DNA from: Dicyema japonicum | Lineage: Eukaryota; Animalia; Dicyemida | Assembly (NCBI GenBank): GCA_011109175.1 | Contig: RDEW01000001.1 | Coordinates: 1,801,453 to 1,865,452 of the forward strand | DNA: 64,000 nt | Reading direction: 5' to 3' | Part shown: positions 1 through 12,432 of the stretch, piece by piece | How the letters are laid out: each line of letters opens with the position of its first letter | Position numbering within the stretch: position 1 is the first letter of the stretch | Notes under the pieces: model-generated | The model's database searches: none | Seen by the model: only the letters and a program-made list of their open reading frames with translations | Told to the model about the DNA's origin: nothing | Program-made: the position numbers and the translations under genes

Positions 1-439
1 CATGAGGATTCGATTCATTAATTTCCGGTAGAACCGAGAAGGAAGATTATCTGATTGTTGACATGATCCCGATTTTCCGTGCTCACCCCTCATGCTTTCT
101 CAACGTCTTTACAGGGGCCTGTAGATAAAGTGAATCGAGGTTGCCCTTTAATCTTGAGCGGCCTATTTCTGTAAAATAGATCGAAGGGGTTTTAGGTACA
201 AGAAACCGTAATCTGCATACAACCACATGCTGGAACTGATAACTCGAGGACATGATAAAAGAGAACAGTGTCAATCCCTTTAGGAGTAGAAAGGATTATG
301 AGGATGGTTATAAATAGTCCAATAAATAATAGTCTAAACATCTTCAACCCTTGAAAGACCCAACTGCTAATTCACCGTATCCCTTCCTCAAATCAGAGAC
401 AGTAAAACACTAGATAAAACCACGTTCTATTATTATTAT

Positions 440-990
440 TTAAGCACTTCACAAGAGCCATACTAATTATAGCCCGCATGTGCAGCAAAAGAAACAAGGT
501 TAGATGTCATCCTTTCCATGCTCCCTGTTCCTAGCCAAGGCTCTCATGCTGTCCAGGTCGTCGGCATTTGTTAGATTTTTTTTATACTGACCAGGTCTTT
601 TTGTAAGACTATTGGCAGTGTTGTTCTTGGTCTTCCCCGATAGCGGCCTTCTTGGCTAACATAGTATGTTTCCATAGATATGTTCGGTGGGGAAGTTAAT
701 TCCATCCTCAGCACGTGTCCGAAGAGCTTCCATCGGGATTCCAGTACTTCTAAGCTGATAGGTCTAGTGCTGCATCTCTTATATAAAGCATTCCTAGATA
801 TTCTCGTAGGCCAAGTAGTTCCTGTTATTTTTCTCAGCTGACCTCTGTGGAACGAGTCTAGTTTTTTCATATCCGCTGATGAGGTCGCCCAAGTTCCAGC
901 GTTATATAAAAGTACGGGTTTTATGAATGAGTCGTATAGTAGGATTCTCATTTTCGTGTCGATGCCTTTTTGATTGAGCCATAACGTTCT
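440..990 (-). mobile_element. RTE-like non-LTR retrotransposon, 3' fragment
   Basis: ORF 571-951 has RTE C-terminal motifs (KPVLLYNAGTW, RWKLFGHVLR, GRPRTTLP). The 3' tail tgcacatgc-gggctataat is shared with the copy ending near 18590. Confidence 0.85.
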
Positions 991-1442
991 ATTATAAATT
1001 CAAATTTTTTAATATCCTAACAAATTTAGAAATTATTCACATTTATTATTCGAAGCAAGAAATCACCGATATTTATCAGGGAAAAGACATTAGATGAGCC
1101 ATCTCTCAGTAGCCTCTTCATCTTTGCTCAGTGTTCTATAAAACCCACGATACTCTCATCACTAGCGGATTTACTAACCACCGAGACACAGACAAAAAGT
1201 TGAGGTTGACACTACTATAGTATTACGAAAAAAGATAAAGAACAAAGGAAAGGAGGAAAACCTTCGACCAAATACCCTGTAGGAAACGAATCCAGGACCA
1301 ATGTCTATAGTAAGACATCCTAACAACTCACAGATAGGAGATTAAAACCACGGTTGTTTTCCTAATTAAAATTATAAATTAAAAATTAAATCTACAAATA
1401 ATTTAATTATTAAATTTAAATCACAACACGTGCTAGTTATTC

Positions 1443-1872
1443 ATGGTTTGTTGAAATTATTGAATTTCGTAGGGAAGAGTCAGAAATTTCACAATAAAAT
1501 CTGCATCTAAAAGGTTAATCGAGATGCACTATACTCGATTGTCCACGGATTTCCAAGAAAACAAAATGGTAGTCAACAACGTAGCAATCACCCCCAGCAA
1601 GAAGATGAGGAATAAAATAGCAGGATTCACGACTCATCTAATGAAACGAATAGCTAAGGGACGTGTTCGAGGAATATCCTTAAAACTCCAGGAAGAAGAG
1701 CGAGAAAGGAGAGATAACTATGTCCCTACTGTACTTGTCTGGATTCACTCTTTAGATTTCTGAACTTGACATTGACGTGACCCTCGACGACCGAACCAGG
1801 GCAATGCTCGAAAATTATGTTAGGATTTTGCTTATTTGTTAGGGACTGGCTCTCCCGGTTAGGGGAATTTGA
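1443..1872 (+). CDS. RPS17: 40S ribosomal protein S17, 117 aa, 3 introns (1446-1472, 1731-1755, 1819-1842)
   Basis: Spliced product [24 protein letters not shown]...[20 protein letters not shown]...[23 protein letters not shown] introns of 27, 25 and 24 nt restore one open frame. Confidence 0.95.
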
Positions 1873-1971
1873 TTGACTTCTTTTTTACTTATTGGTTTAA
1901 TTTCTCTGTTATTTGAATTTATTCTAATTTTTACTTGACTTTCTTAGCTCTCTATAATTCCCGTAATTTTA

Positions 1972-2252
1972 GGATATGTAGTACAATGGTCCCAGGTTGA
2001 TTCCCCTTCTGGATATTTTAGGATCTGTAGTACAATGGTCCCAGGTTGATCCCCCTTCTGGATATTTTCGGATCTGTAGTACAATGGTCCCAGGTTGATC
2101 CCCCTTCTGGATATTTTAGGATCTGTAGTACAATGGTCTCAGGTTGATCCCCCTTCTGGATATTTTCGGATCTGTAGTACAATGGTCCCAGGTTGATCCC
2201 CCTTCTAGATATTTTAGGATATGTAGTACAATTGTCCCAGGTTGATCCCCCC
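1972..2252. repeat. 49-bp minisatellite, about 5.7 copies
   Basis: Unit ggatctgtagtacaatggtcccaggttgatcccccttctggatatttt(a/c) starts at 1972, 2021, 2070, 2119, 2168 and 2217. Confidence 0.95.
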
Positions 2253-2589
2253 TCGGAGGTTTCTCTTCCTATTCTCTGTTTCCTATTTTTTCCTTCTATA
2301 GAGTGGTGTCACGTGATCCACCTATCTCAGGTGCCTGGATGACATACAATGATCATTTGCCCTCACCCAATCCATTGGAGGTCTTTTCTGCTTTCTCATT
2401 TTGATCGTAGACTCTACGTGGAAATATAATTATGTCGTGCCTCAAGAAAGCTAATCCTGCCTGTTTTGGATTTCTGTTCAGAGCACACATCACTCTAATG
2501 AGCATTTTTATTTGTTATCTTTAATATCTCATTTTGATCGGTATATTCGCCTTAAGTTTTTTTCAACAAGACGACAAAAATTTGGCCGC

Positions 2590-2825
2590 TTCAGTCTCGG
2601 ACCCAGGTAACGCTTCTAAGCAAGCAGAGGAAGAGAAGGAATTACCAGGAATGAAGGAGGATCACTTGTTTGTCCCATTTGCTGTTGAGACGTCAGGAAT
2701 CCTTGATTCATAAGCCGACGATCTAGTCCGTCGGATTGGCTCAATGATCCAAAGGGTCACCACGGGTCCACGTGAGCATACCTCGATAGTTATTGTCAGA
2801 GGAAACAGCATGACCATTCAATAGA
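2590..2825 (+). mobile_element. CRE-like retrotransposon, 3' fragment (RLE region)
   Basis: Translates PGNASKQAEEEK...FVPFAVETSGIL...IVIVRGNS with stops. DNA-similar to the copy at 31175-31335. Confidence 0.7.
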
Positions 2826-3129
2826 GGTATCGTATTTCAGTCCTGCCACTAGGCTTGGACACTTTACCAGTTTCTCTCTCCTTAATTAGACCTCCTATCA
2901 ACACACTTGATTGATTTCAAGAGTTTATTTTCTTCCTCGGATATTTCATCTCTTAATCTACTTCCCAACACCAATTTAATGTCCAGTAATAATATGATCC
3001 TATCCTTTTTCGTAGAGAAAAATCATCCTCACATCCGTAGAGTAATTTTGGGAGAATTATTCCGTGAAGATAAATAGAAGCGTCCCTCTGTTGACGCGTA
3101 GCTTACGTATACATAAAAGTGTTTGCCTT

Positions 3130-4075
3130 CTCTCTCAAACTGATATCTTCCATATAAACTCCACTAATATCCACACCCCCCCCCAAATAACGTAAATAAT
3201 GCACATTTTTCGCTTGAAACGTGTATTCTTTTAGTAAGAAACTATCAAACTAAGCAATTCCACCTTACGCGGTCAAGCGCAACCTTTCTCAAGTCGTCCA
3301 GATGTTCTCCACGTTTCATCTTCCTTTTGGCAAACTTGGAATCAGTATCCCAGGAAGTGTGATTTGTAGACATCCACAGAAACCTGATTCAGTGTCAATG
3401 AGGAACTCCTCCATTGCTATATTAGATGGGGGTGTCCATTTTCAATCTCAGTATATGCCCGAAGAGCCTCCATCTCAAATCAGTGATCTCGAGACTTAAA
3501 AAACCAGTGGAGCAAACATTATATAAAGCTTCTTGTTTATTTTCCTTGGCTAAATCAATCCGAGCATTGTCCTCATCTGCCTTCGATGAAAGGTATCTAT
3601 CCCCCCGTTCCTCAGCATTGGATACTGCCCACGTTGATGAATTATATAATAGGACTGGTTTAACAAGGGCATTGTATAGCCTTCGCCGGAATGATGTACT
3701 TGATCGTCTTCCGTCAATCCAGTTCTTTTTAACTTTGGTCTCACATGAGATTTTTAACCCTCTCATGCTACGCCAATCTTCAATGGTGCACATATTCAGC
3801 CTCCTTTCAGAGAGAACTGAATTCTTGGACGCGTCCACTAAAATGATCATTATAACTTGGTGGTTTAGGTGAACTCACCTGGGACCTCCTTGATAAGTGA
3901 GATCCCACTGGAGACATTTCCTTAGATATCCTTTCGGTTAAGAAATGTTTTTATCCAACTAAACAGATACTTCAGAACATCCGCCGACACAAGCTTGAAG
4001 AGCTTCGTGGCAAACACTGTCCTGGAATATCCAGGCATAACAGGTTCATTTCGACTATCAATGGCCTTCTGGGCT
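3130..4075 (-). mobile_element. RTE-like retrotransposon fragment, degenerate
   Basis: RRRLYNALVKPVLLYNSSTW and LRWRLFGHILRL motifs, with frameshifts. Confidence 0.8.
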
Positions 4076-4414
4076 TAAGAATTTAGCAGGAAGAAACAGT
4101 CTTCACACGACCTTGCTTGACGAAAGCCCTATTGGTGCGGCAAAAAATTAGTTTGAAGATAATCCCCTCTATTATCTTGTAAATGTTATCGGATAGTCTC
4201 TTGGCTTTTGTAACATGGGAGGAGGAGGTTGTTAACTTCTTCACCGGTGTATCCAGGATAATTAAAAATACCAATAGGGACTTATACCATTAAGTATTAA
4301 TAGAAATTATAATTTAACTAAAAGAATATAAAATATATATTAATTTAAATTATGGTAATTTTTTACTAAATTAAAAAATTAATCAAAAAATTGTAAGAAA
4401 TTAGCATTATATAA

Positions 4415-5060
4415 ATGGATAGTAATTAAAAGTTCCTTATGTCCGACTATAAAAGAGGCGGTAAGAGAACAAACCATAATATTCACAATGTCAGGTTCTG
4501 AAGTCTTCTATAATTTAGATTCAAATCATTCAATTGAAAAATACAATTCGTTGTTAGAAATATAAAATTCCAACTGGAGTATTATTTTTCCGAGTTGTAA
4601 TTATTTGTTTACTTTAGGGAAAATTTGATAAGAGACACATAATTAAAAAATTTAATAGATCATAAAGGTTTTGTGGAAATACAAGAAATATTAAAATTCA
4701 AAAAATTGTATCGCTCAATGCATCTGATAACGACGTTGTTTTGGGTGTTAAAAGTTGTCTATCAAATAAGTCTTAGGGTCTATTAAAATTAAATTAAGTG
4801 AATCTGCCAGAAAAATAAAAACCAGCCGACTGTTATATAAGACTACTATAAAGATTCCGTTTAGTTTGAACACAGAGGAGGTAGAGTAAGCATTAATTTT
4901 AGGAATTATAGGAGTCAATACTATTCCCAAGGGGAATAACTGAGCAGCATTGCAAAAAAGCTATCAAAACCGGTGAGTATAACTGGGAGTTATATACTGA
5001 CGAAATTTCGTCCGCAAGGGATTCTGTAAATAAACTCAGGGAATACAAGGTAATTATTGT
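4415..5060 (+). pseudogene. Unprocessed pseudogene of a La-motif protein, paralog of 33121-33958
   Basis: FQLEYYFSE..NLIRD..GFVEIQEILKF La motif and three short introns at the same positions as in the intact gene. It has in-frame TAA, TAG and TGA codons and a 1-nt frameshift in a poly-A run near 4700. Confidence 0.75.
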
Positions 5061-5754
5061 AAATATTTTAGTCACGACTTATTCATCAATCACCGGAGTT
5101 TATAAAAGGCCCCAGACCAGTATACGACCCAAAAACAGATAATGGTAAAATACGACAGAACCGGCCAAATAAGAAAAATTAATTAAATAACCAAAGAAAC
5201 TTAACTTTTAATTATCTATAATTTTTCTATTTAATAATTAAATTAAATTTCTAAATGTTTTTTTCACTACAATTCTGTTCGCTTGTATTTTCTTATTGAA
5301 GAAATGAGCAAAACTTAATGCTCATTCTCAACATTAGATAAGAGTTCTCTGTGTATTGCAGTTAACATAACTCCAATGTCATTTCCGTTTACAGGTTTGT
5401 GTTTTCTTGTTTACTGTTTTCCGAATCTTCTAACGAATTTTCATTAATTGTTTCACATGTACTGTATTCGATATTCAACAAACCTCAACTTAAGGATCGA
5501 AAATGTTTGTTCTTCCGATTGCTTGACGTTAATATCCTGATTTCCGTTGTTGGGATTATTACAAATTCTGCAACAATTATCTCGTCGGATAAGTCTTCCC
5601 ATGTAATTGGAGTCAATCCTTGCAGTCAATTTCTTGCAAGAATTGTATAGAGTAGAATACATCCCTGCCACCAGGGAATAGTAATGTAAACCTCAGCTTA
5701 GGCAGAACTCACACTTTATTTAAAAAGTAAAAACAGTCATGCTAACTAATCCAA

Positions 5755-5926
5755 ATGTTCTTGTTTTTTCTTGTGTGTGAGTCCTAGAAGACAATCGGGT
5801 TCTGCAGTGATATACACTGATGACGGCGTTACTCGTCAACTCAGAAGCATCGCAGATGCATGGAATCTTCAAACGAATGGACATCAGCGAGATTCGAACT
5901 CGAGACCTCCTGGTTTTGCAGGCTTG
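5755..5926 (-). mobile_element. tRNA-derived SINE, copy 2 (5' truncated)
   Basis: B-box and T-arm cgag-ttcgaat-ctcg. Body and A-rich tail align with 9435-9640. Confidence 0.7.
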
Positions 5927-6599
5927 CAGGAATGTGGTAACATTTGTTTTTTTAATTCTTGAGTTGTACATCAAAATGAATCTGCCTATCCATAAATATC
6001 CAGTCATCCAACTATAGTAGGAGGAATTCTTGGTCTCATACTTTTTAAAACATCTACGAATTCTTGGTCTTGCAATCCTCACTGGTTTCAACGTAAGTCT
6101 TTCGGTCATGTTGAATCATAACAGGGACATGGTCTTAAAATTTTGTAGGATTGTAATTTTTTTTGACCCCACAAGCAAGGAAGCACAAGTAAATTCGAGA
6201 GAGGAACTGATGATGATTAAGTGCTCATCAACTATAGAAAGAGGATCTAATATTACAAAGAAAGGGCGGAATCCTGGGGGATCTAAAAGCAAGGACACAT
6301 ATGACCTGCAATCGCTGGGTTTTTAACTTTAAAAAATCACGCAACTACGATGTGCTTGCTGACGAGCTAAAGCTATTTCGTGGCTCCAGTGATATTGATT
6401 ATCTTAGCAGTGATGGTGTGATCTCTAAGCGATACAAAAATTATGGATGTGTTATCGATTGATGATGTGACATGCGTCCAAGTTATGCTTAAGAAGACAC
6501 TCAAGAGCATGCTTATCGAGCACTTTGGAAGAGGAATTAACATCAATATCTAATCAGTTGTTGGATATGACAACTCACTATGGTGAGGACATGGATTTT

Positions 6600-6900
6600 A
6601 ATCTTAACATGGAGAAGGTGAAATGGCGATCGTCCGTCCGATATTGAGGAGAAAGGCGTCCGTCATCTCTCCCAAGACCCCAGAACTCTCCATAGCAATA
6701 GGAACGAAATGATAGTTTTCCCTGAGTCATTCGTACGGATTTACCCGAACTACCCCTTGTCGACGCGTTTGCATGAGAGTGTGTCGCCGTCAGCGATCTG
6801 ACCTCAGAAGAATAATAATCCACGTGGCTCGTTTACATATCAGCGGGAACTCCCGAGTCATTACCAACCGCCTTCAATTTCTGCGCCATACCGAATACAT
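6600..6900 (-). mobile_element. CRE-like retrotransposon fragment (RLE region)
   Basis: Minus frame ENYHFVPIAMESSGVLGEMTDAFLLNIGR matches the other CRE-like tails in the window. Confidence 0.7.
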
Positions 6901-7500
6901 CTGACTGGCCTCTGGGAGCGTCCCGTTTGGTTGTTACTTTTCTGTTACGTACCGGTTTCCTTCAAGGACTGGGAATAAATAAATTAACATACCAAGGTCA
7001 GTAACGAGTTTATTCAAGAGATTTCCAATAATCAGTAGTAATTACAAGTTTATCCTATTGAGACATGTCTTTAAATTAAGCTAATAAATAATATGCCAAT
7101 TGATAGTCGATACAATCGATTGAGTTGATGTGTATTATCATGTAATAAGCACGATTTAATAAATCATCGCTTGGTTCCTACACGGGGTCACTATTCTCTT
7201 CACAAACTCAGTTCGGAAATGGCATTCTCTGATAAGAAATGATTTGTGTGAGAATCCGCTGGTTTATGATTGCTAAATACTCGTTAAGCCGAGATTTGTA
7301 GAATGGGCATAAATAATAACTGCCAATAATGCGAAGGTGCTTGACGATTAATCATAAAATAATTGTATTACGTGCAAACTACTTATTTCAAAGTTATAAT
7401 AGCAATATCTCAATTTCAATATCTCGGCATTGATTAATGTCACTGACCATGTCGCCGTAAAACAACACAATAAATAGCATCTTAAGAATACGACAAGAAA

Positions 7501-9185
7501 ATGTTAAGCCTTACTCTGCGATCATATAAAGTTCAGAAGACGGCAATGGTTGTTCTGGTCTTATTTTCCATGGTCTTCTGGGTCTCCTATTGGCGCAGAA
7601 GATCTTGCCCTGTTTTAAGTTCTCCGATCAAGACTGTCCATCTTCTGTCATCCACTAATGATTCCTGTGCAGAAACTCTTATGGGAGATTACCCTGTTGA
7701 TATTTTTGATTTGTGTGCCAGAAGAAAGGGAGCCGTGATTCTCCACATATTCGGGGTTGTTTACATGTTCACAGCCCTGGCAATTGTCTGCGACACCTAT
7801 TTTGTTCCCTCCCTCGAAGTCCTAATAGAAAAGATGAAGATCAGTGAGGACGTCGCTGGAGCCACATTCATGGCTGCCGGAGGAAGTGCTCCTGAACTGT
7901 TTACATCGATAATTGGAGTATTCCTGGCCAAAAGCAATGTAGGTATTGGAACCATTATTGGGTCGGCAGTATTCAACATTTTGTTTGTGATCAGTGTGTG
8001 TGCTCTGTCAAGTCTTACGGTCCTCACATTGACTTGGTGGCCTTTATTCAGGGACATGGGATTCTACATTATCTCCCTCATCATGCTGATCATCTTTTTC
8101 TTGGACAGTCAGATTTACTGGTGGGAGGCTCTGATCCTCTTTTTGTGGTACTTTACCTACGTGGTGTTCATGAAGTTCAACGTTCAGATAGAACAGTGGG
8201 TCAAGACTAATATTCTAAGACAAAAATCATCAGAAATTAAAAAACAGCCCAGAGTAGTGTCCATTTAACTAACTAGAACTCAATCTGCTTCATGAGGGAG
8301 AGCTTCAGCCACTATAGACTCTCAAACGTGCTTCCCATCCACGGTAAACATGTCTATAACTGTAGCCAAAAAATCTTCCATCAATATGATCCGCAGGAAG
8401 AGCAGTGTAGCCCCCCAGAATGTAAGATGATTGATTTATGATATTAGGATGATAAATGTGATGAATCAGAACAAGTAAGCTCATTAATCACGATAGGATG
8501 AATATATTGAGTGGTACAAATGGCCTGACACAACCATGGGGAAGATTTATTACGTCCTCCTGTTCCCCATCAACCTGGTCCTTAGTCTAACAATCCCCAA
8601 CGTTATGAACGAGGTTATTGGGTCGTTTAAGGGCTTAGAAAATGAAGAAGCTGTATGTATTGACGTTTACGAACAGTATATTATGGATTGGAATGTTCTC
8701 CTACCTGATGGTGTGGTGGGCCAACCAAATTGGGAGCACTTTTGGAATACCAAACGAGGTACTTTGCTCTGAGATCGCAGGTTATGGGACTCACGTTTCT
8801 TGCGGCAGGGACCAGCATCCCGGATTTGATAACAAGCTATATTGTGGCCAAAAAGGGCTTTGGGGACATGGCTGTGTCAAGTTCTATTGGGAGCAATCTC
8901 TTCGACGTCTGTGTGGGGTATGTGATTTAGTTACCGCCAAGTCTTCCGTTTCCGTGGTTGATATCCTGGATGGTGTTCCGAGTCCCCATAAACACGAGCA
9001 GTAAGGGACTATTCTGTTCAGTATTAATGCTCTTCTCCATGCTTACCAGCGTCATAATAATCATCGGCATCTCCAAATGGAAGATGACGAAGGCTCTGGG
9101 CATCTCAATGCTGGTGGCTTACGGATTCTTCATAGCTCTGTCCCTTATGCTGGAATACGGAGTGATTGGATGTATAATCACGTAA
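7501..9185 (+). CDS. NCKX: K+-dependent Na+/Ca2+ exchanger (SLC24/NCKX family), about 506 aa, 7 introns
   Basis: Alpha-1 repeat [18 protein letters not shown] and alpha-2 repeat [16 protein letters not shown]. Introns 8254-8276, 8344-8365, 8422-8447, 8475-8496, 8614-8638, 8759-8780 and 8918-8941 give a continuous 1521-nt frame. Confidence 0.95.
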
Positions 9186-9434
9186 AGTGTGTAAATTCTA
9201 AAACTGCTAACTGTTAAACTCATTAATATTAAAAAATTAATATAAAGTTTATTATTTATTAAAATAATTTCTCAATACAGTCCGACCCAGAAATGGCGCG
9301 AAAATTTCCCCAAAAATGTGGGTCTTCTTAAAAAGCTTAATTAAAATGTGGAAATTTACTTCTACAATAATTAATTTCTATAATATGTATTAAAACAAGA
9401 TAAATCATTAGATTTTGTCTACTGAAAAAAGAAA

Positions 9435-9640
9435 TGGCATAGTGGTTAGGTGTCGGGCTAAAGTGGCTTAGGTTACGGGTTCGATTCTCGCTGCTGTTCA
9501 CCTAATGGAAGGTTCCACGCATCTACGATGCCAAAAGAACTATGCCAAAAGAATTTGACGAGTGACGCCGTCATCAGTGGATACTCACTGCGGAACTGGA
9601 TTGTCTAGAAAGGACCCACACATAAGAAAAAGAAAAAAAA
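9435..9640 (+). mobile_element. tRNA-derived SINE, copy 1
   Basis: A-box tggcatagtgg, B-box gggttcgattc, a body shared with 5755-5926, and an A-rich tail. Confidence 0.7.
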
Positions 9641-9761
9641 AGAAGTGAAGATCATTTCTTGGTTCTACGAAAATTGACTGTTCTTTACTTAAATAAAGTG
9701 TGTCCTGCCTATGCGGAGCTATAAATATTTTGGCTCTCGTAAAAAGGCTATTAACAAAATA

Positions 9762-10501
9762 CAGTAAAATCTCTCGAATCCGCCGCATTTTTTCAAAAAT
9801 ACAAAATTCCCTATGAGAAATTCTCGAATCTGCCAATTTCTGGAATCCGCCGCATTTTTAAAAATAATTTTTTTCATTTTTTTATTATTTTATTTTTTTA
9901 TTAAAAAACTGAAAAAATTGAACTCGGAAAATCATAAACCGAGGCATGTAAAGAAATAAGCCTTAAGGATGCTATAATTTATACCTATCAAGCATGGAAA
10001 AAGCTAAATAGTACAACAATAATAAACTGTTTTCGACATGCTAAATGGACCGGAGATTTTATTGAAGAAATTAATGACGAGTTTTCGCCTGAAACTAATC
10101 AAGAATTCGTGTCTAGACTGCAAATAAATGATCCAATTCCAGAAGATGAGTTTCTTCTCTATGAGTATACAGAGAATGAAGAGATCCTGGAAAATTTGAT
10201 GAAAATGATGAAGACAAAGAATGTATTAATTATGAAGAACAAAATAATGAACAAGTCGTTTTAGTCTATGATGCAACAAATGCTGTCTATACATTGAGGA
10301 AGTACTTTAAGCAGAAGGATGAAGTTAAAAATGTCTTTAATGTATAACTGATTATTTTAAAGGAAATTAATGCTTTCATTTTTCAATTACTCTTTAAAAT
10401 TAAAAAATGCATTTTATTAATTTATAAAAAATTAAATTTGCCTCTCGAATCCGCCGTAATTTCCCAGGCCCCAAATTTGGTGGATTCGAGAGGTTTTACT
10501 A
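9762..10501 (+). mobile_element. Internally deleted pogo/Tigger DNA transposon
   Basis: TIRs CAGTAAAATCTCTCGAATCC and GGATTCGAGAGGTTTTACTA, with TA on the left flank. Internal remnant AWKKLNSTTIINCF plus an acidic tail typical of pogo C-termini. Confidence 0.8.
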
Positions 10502-11104
10502 TTAAATGATTCCGGCGTCCATACCAGCTCTTTTCCTGCTGTTAGTTTTGGAGTCCTGGATTAATCAACGGGGAAGGTTTTTTCTCAAATATCGGGCTCA
10601 TGCATTTTGTTCTTTTTTCGTAGTGAATGACAATATCTGCTGTAAATCTTTTTAACAACATTTTCAGGAGTTTCTTGTTTGACTACATTGAGGTGCATTG
10701 TGAAAGCACGTTCCGTATTTTTCATTACTTCATAATTCAATATCTCGCTGTTATCTTCAGATCACCATAAAGGTCTTTAAATTTTCATTTTCCTATTATA
10801 TCCTGATTATTGGGCTGTTTTCGTTTTCATGTTGGAAACCTTTGAATCCCCGAGAACAAAAAACTTCTTTAACTTCCGTATTTAATCTGTACCCATTTAC
10901 AAAAATTGACGTATAACAGCCTTCACATAAGATTTTTTACCTCTTCGGTCGGACTCCCTATAGAGATGCCATACTTCTGCCAAATAAATGCATATTTATA
11001 TAGATCTGGGTTTCCCCAAAACGAGGTCGGACTTTATTATATTCCGAATAACTCCTTTATGTGTGTCCTTAACGTATAAGCTATCTGTCTACCATTCCAA
11101 AGTT

Positions 11105-11205
11105 TACCGATCCATGAGAGTGGCTAGCATTTGCCACGTCTAACTTAATAGCAACAGGTCTCCTACATGTTAGTGAGGCTGGGGTTACGTAGCTAACTAA
11201 TATTA
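11105..11205 (+). mobile_element. LINE 3' end remnant with (TAAC)-like tail
   Basis: Visibly similar to 24790-24880 (TDLWERPTSAASYLIAAG-type terminus). Confidence 0.5.
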
Positions 11206-11658
11206 TATTCCATTTTGGTGGCTCACTATCTTACTACGTTTGGCTCTCTCAAACACTGTAATACTGCACGTGCTACATTCTAGGCCAATCAATTCCTGTA
11301 TCTCGTTGGCGATCATTGAATCAGTTAATTTGTATCTTGTTTAGTAAATTCGTGATGTCTGGGCTTTTATGTGTTTAAAGAGGCATCATGGAATCTACGT
11401 GACTCAGAAGACACATTCAGCAGGATCCCTCCCTTCCCTGCGCAATTGTGGAGATTCCGACAGGGGATGTGATACTTGGACAAGATGTGTCCCACTCCGA
11501 TGGAACCTCTTTCAAGTAAATCCGGGCATATAGGAATACCCTAATCACATATGTAGAGGACATTACTGCAACAATTACAGTAACTGAAATCCCGGGAGAC
11601 AGGTCGTCCCTGTTCTCATTTCGTTTAATCCACCATCCCTTAAAGTTTTGAACTATAC

Positions 11659-11750
11659 CCCGTTCACCCCAATTCACATGACCTCAATCTAAGTAAGCAA
11701 GATCTTCCGTTCACACCAATTCACATGAAATGACCTCAAATCTAAGTAAA
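11659..11750. repeat. Imperfect ~47-bp tandem duplication
   Basis: ccgttcac..aattcacatga..cctcaa(a)tctaagtaa occurs twice. Confidence 0.8.
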
Positions 11751-11861
11751 TACATCCAAATAAGAGCTTCGACATTCTTTAAGGTAGACACGTGACAAAA
11801 AAGCCAGCCTCAACATAAGGGAGTGGTAAATCACCAAAATATAATATTTAAAAGGTATATG

Positions 11862-12432
11862 TCAATTTGGAGTGAATGCTCTGTTACGCGGAAACATCCT
11901 TATAATGATTACGACCACCATAAAGCTAATAAAAGCAATAGTAAGGGCCACAAACATCCCCCAGTTAGACCCCGTCTTCTTGCCACGAGCCACTGTGTCC
12001 TTTAATGACTCATAGTTTCTCTGAGCGAGATCAGCCGCCTTGTCAAGTTTCTACCAGTCACATGGAATCCCCACTTTATAGTCTGCCTGAACAATCTCTC
12101 TGCTCAGCTGGGCATTCCCTCGCAGAATAATAGACAGGTTGCTGAGCTCCTCAAATTGCACATGTTTGCCGCCATTTATAAAATTTGAGCTTTCTGAGTT
12201 CTTTATTTTTCCAGAATTTAAAATTTGTCTGAATTTTCTAATCCTGTGGTTAATGCTCTCACATTCCTTTGTATTTTTGCCAGATTTGGAGATAATGTCG
12301 TCAACAGACTCAATATACTAGCATGAGAAATTGATTTACCTTTTTCAGTGAATCGTAGGGCAACTCGTCCATTAAAACTAATTTGTCGCATATATCAAGA
12401 ATATTTGATACTGAACTAGTAGCTGAATTCAT
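11862..12432 (-). CDS. USE1: ER t-SNARE Use1 (vesicle transport protein USE1), 174 aa, 2 introns; absent from the ORF track
   Basis: Introns 12318-12339 and 12051-12074 give NILDICDKL..SLKKYIESVDDI ... EELSNLSIILRGNAQLSREIVQADYKKLDKAADLAQRNYESLK ... NWGMFVALTIAFISFMVVVIIIRMFP. This is a SNARE coil plus C-terminal TM anchor matching the remembered Use1 pattern. Confidence 0.8.

Noticed and set aside
1273-1282. TACCCTGTAG, identical to the first 10 nt of miR-10
   Set aside because: No complementary arm nearby and the rest of the sequence diverges, so this is probably chance.
1972-2252. CRISPR-like appearance of the 49-bp and 21-bp arrays
   Set aside because: The units are contiguous with no unique spacers, there are no cas genes, and the context is eukaryotic.
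4415-5060. Stop-codon reassignment or A-to-I rescue of the La paralog
   Set aside because: All three stop types occur together with a frameshift, and intact genes in the window use TAA, TAG and TGA as normal stops.
5250-5650. Possible host gene on the minus strand
   Set aside because: Contains stops and resembles the acidic pogo tail at 12950-13150 (LLISSIRKYK versus MLIASIRRFK), so it is probably transposon debris.
5816-5850. Hammerhead-like CTGATGA cores (also 9570, 27485, 36747, 42625)
   Set aside because: None is followed by stem II plus GAAA and a closing stem I/III.
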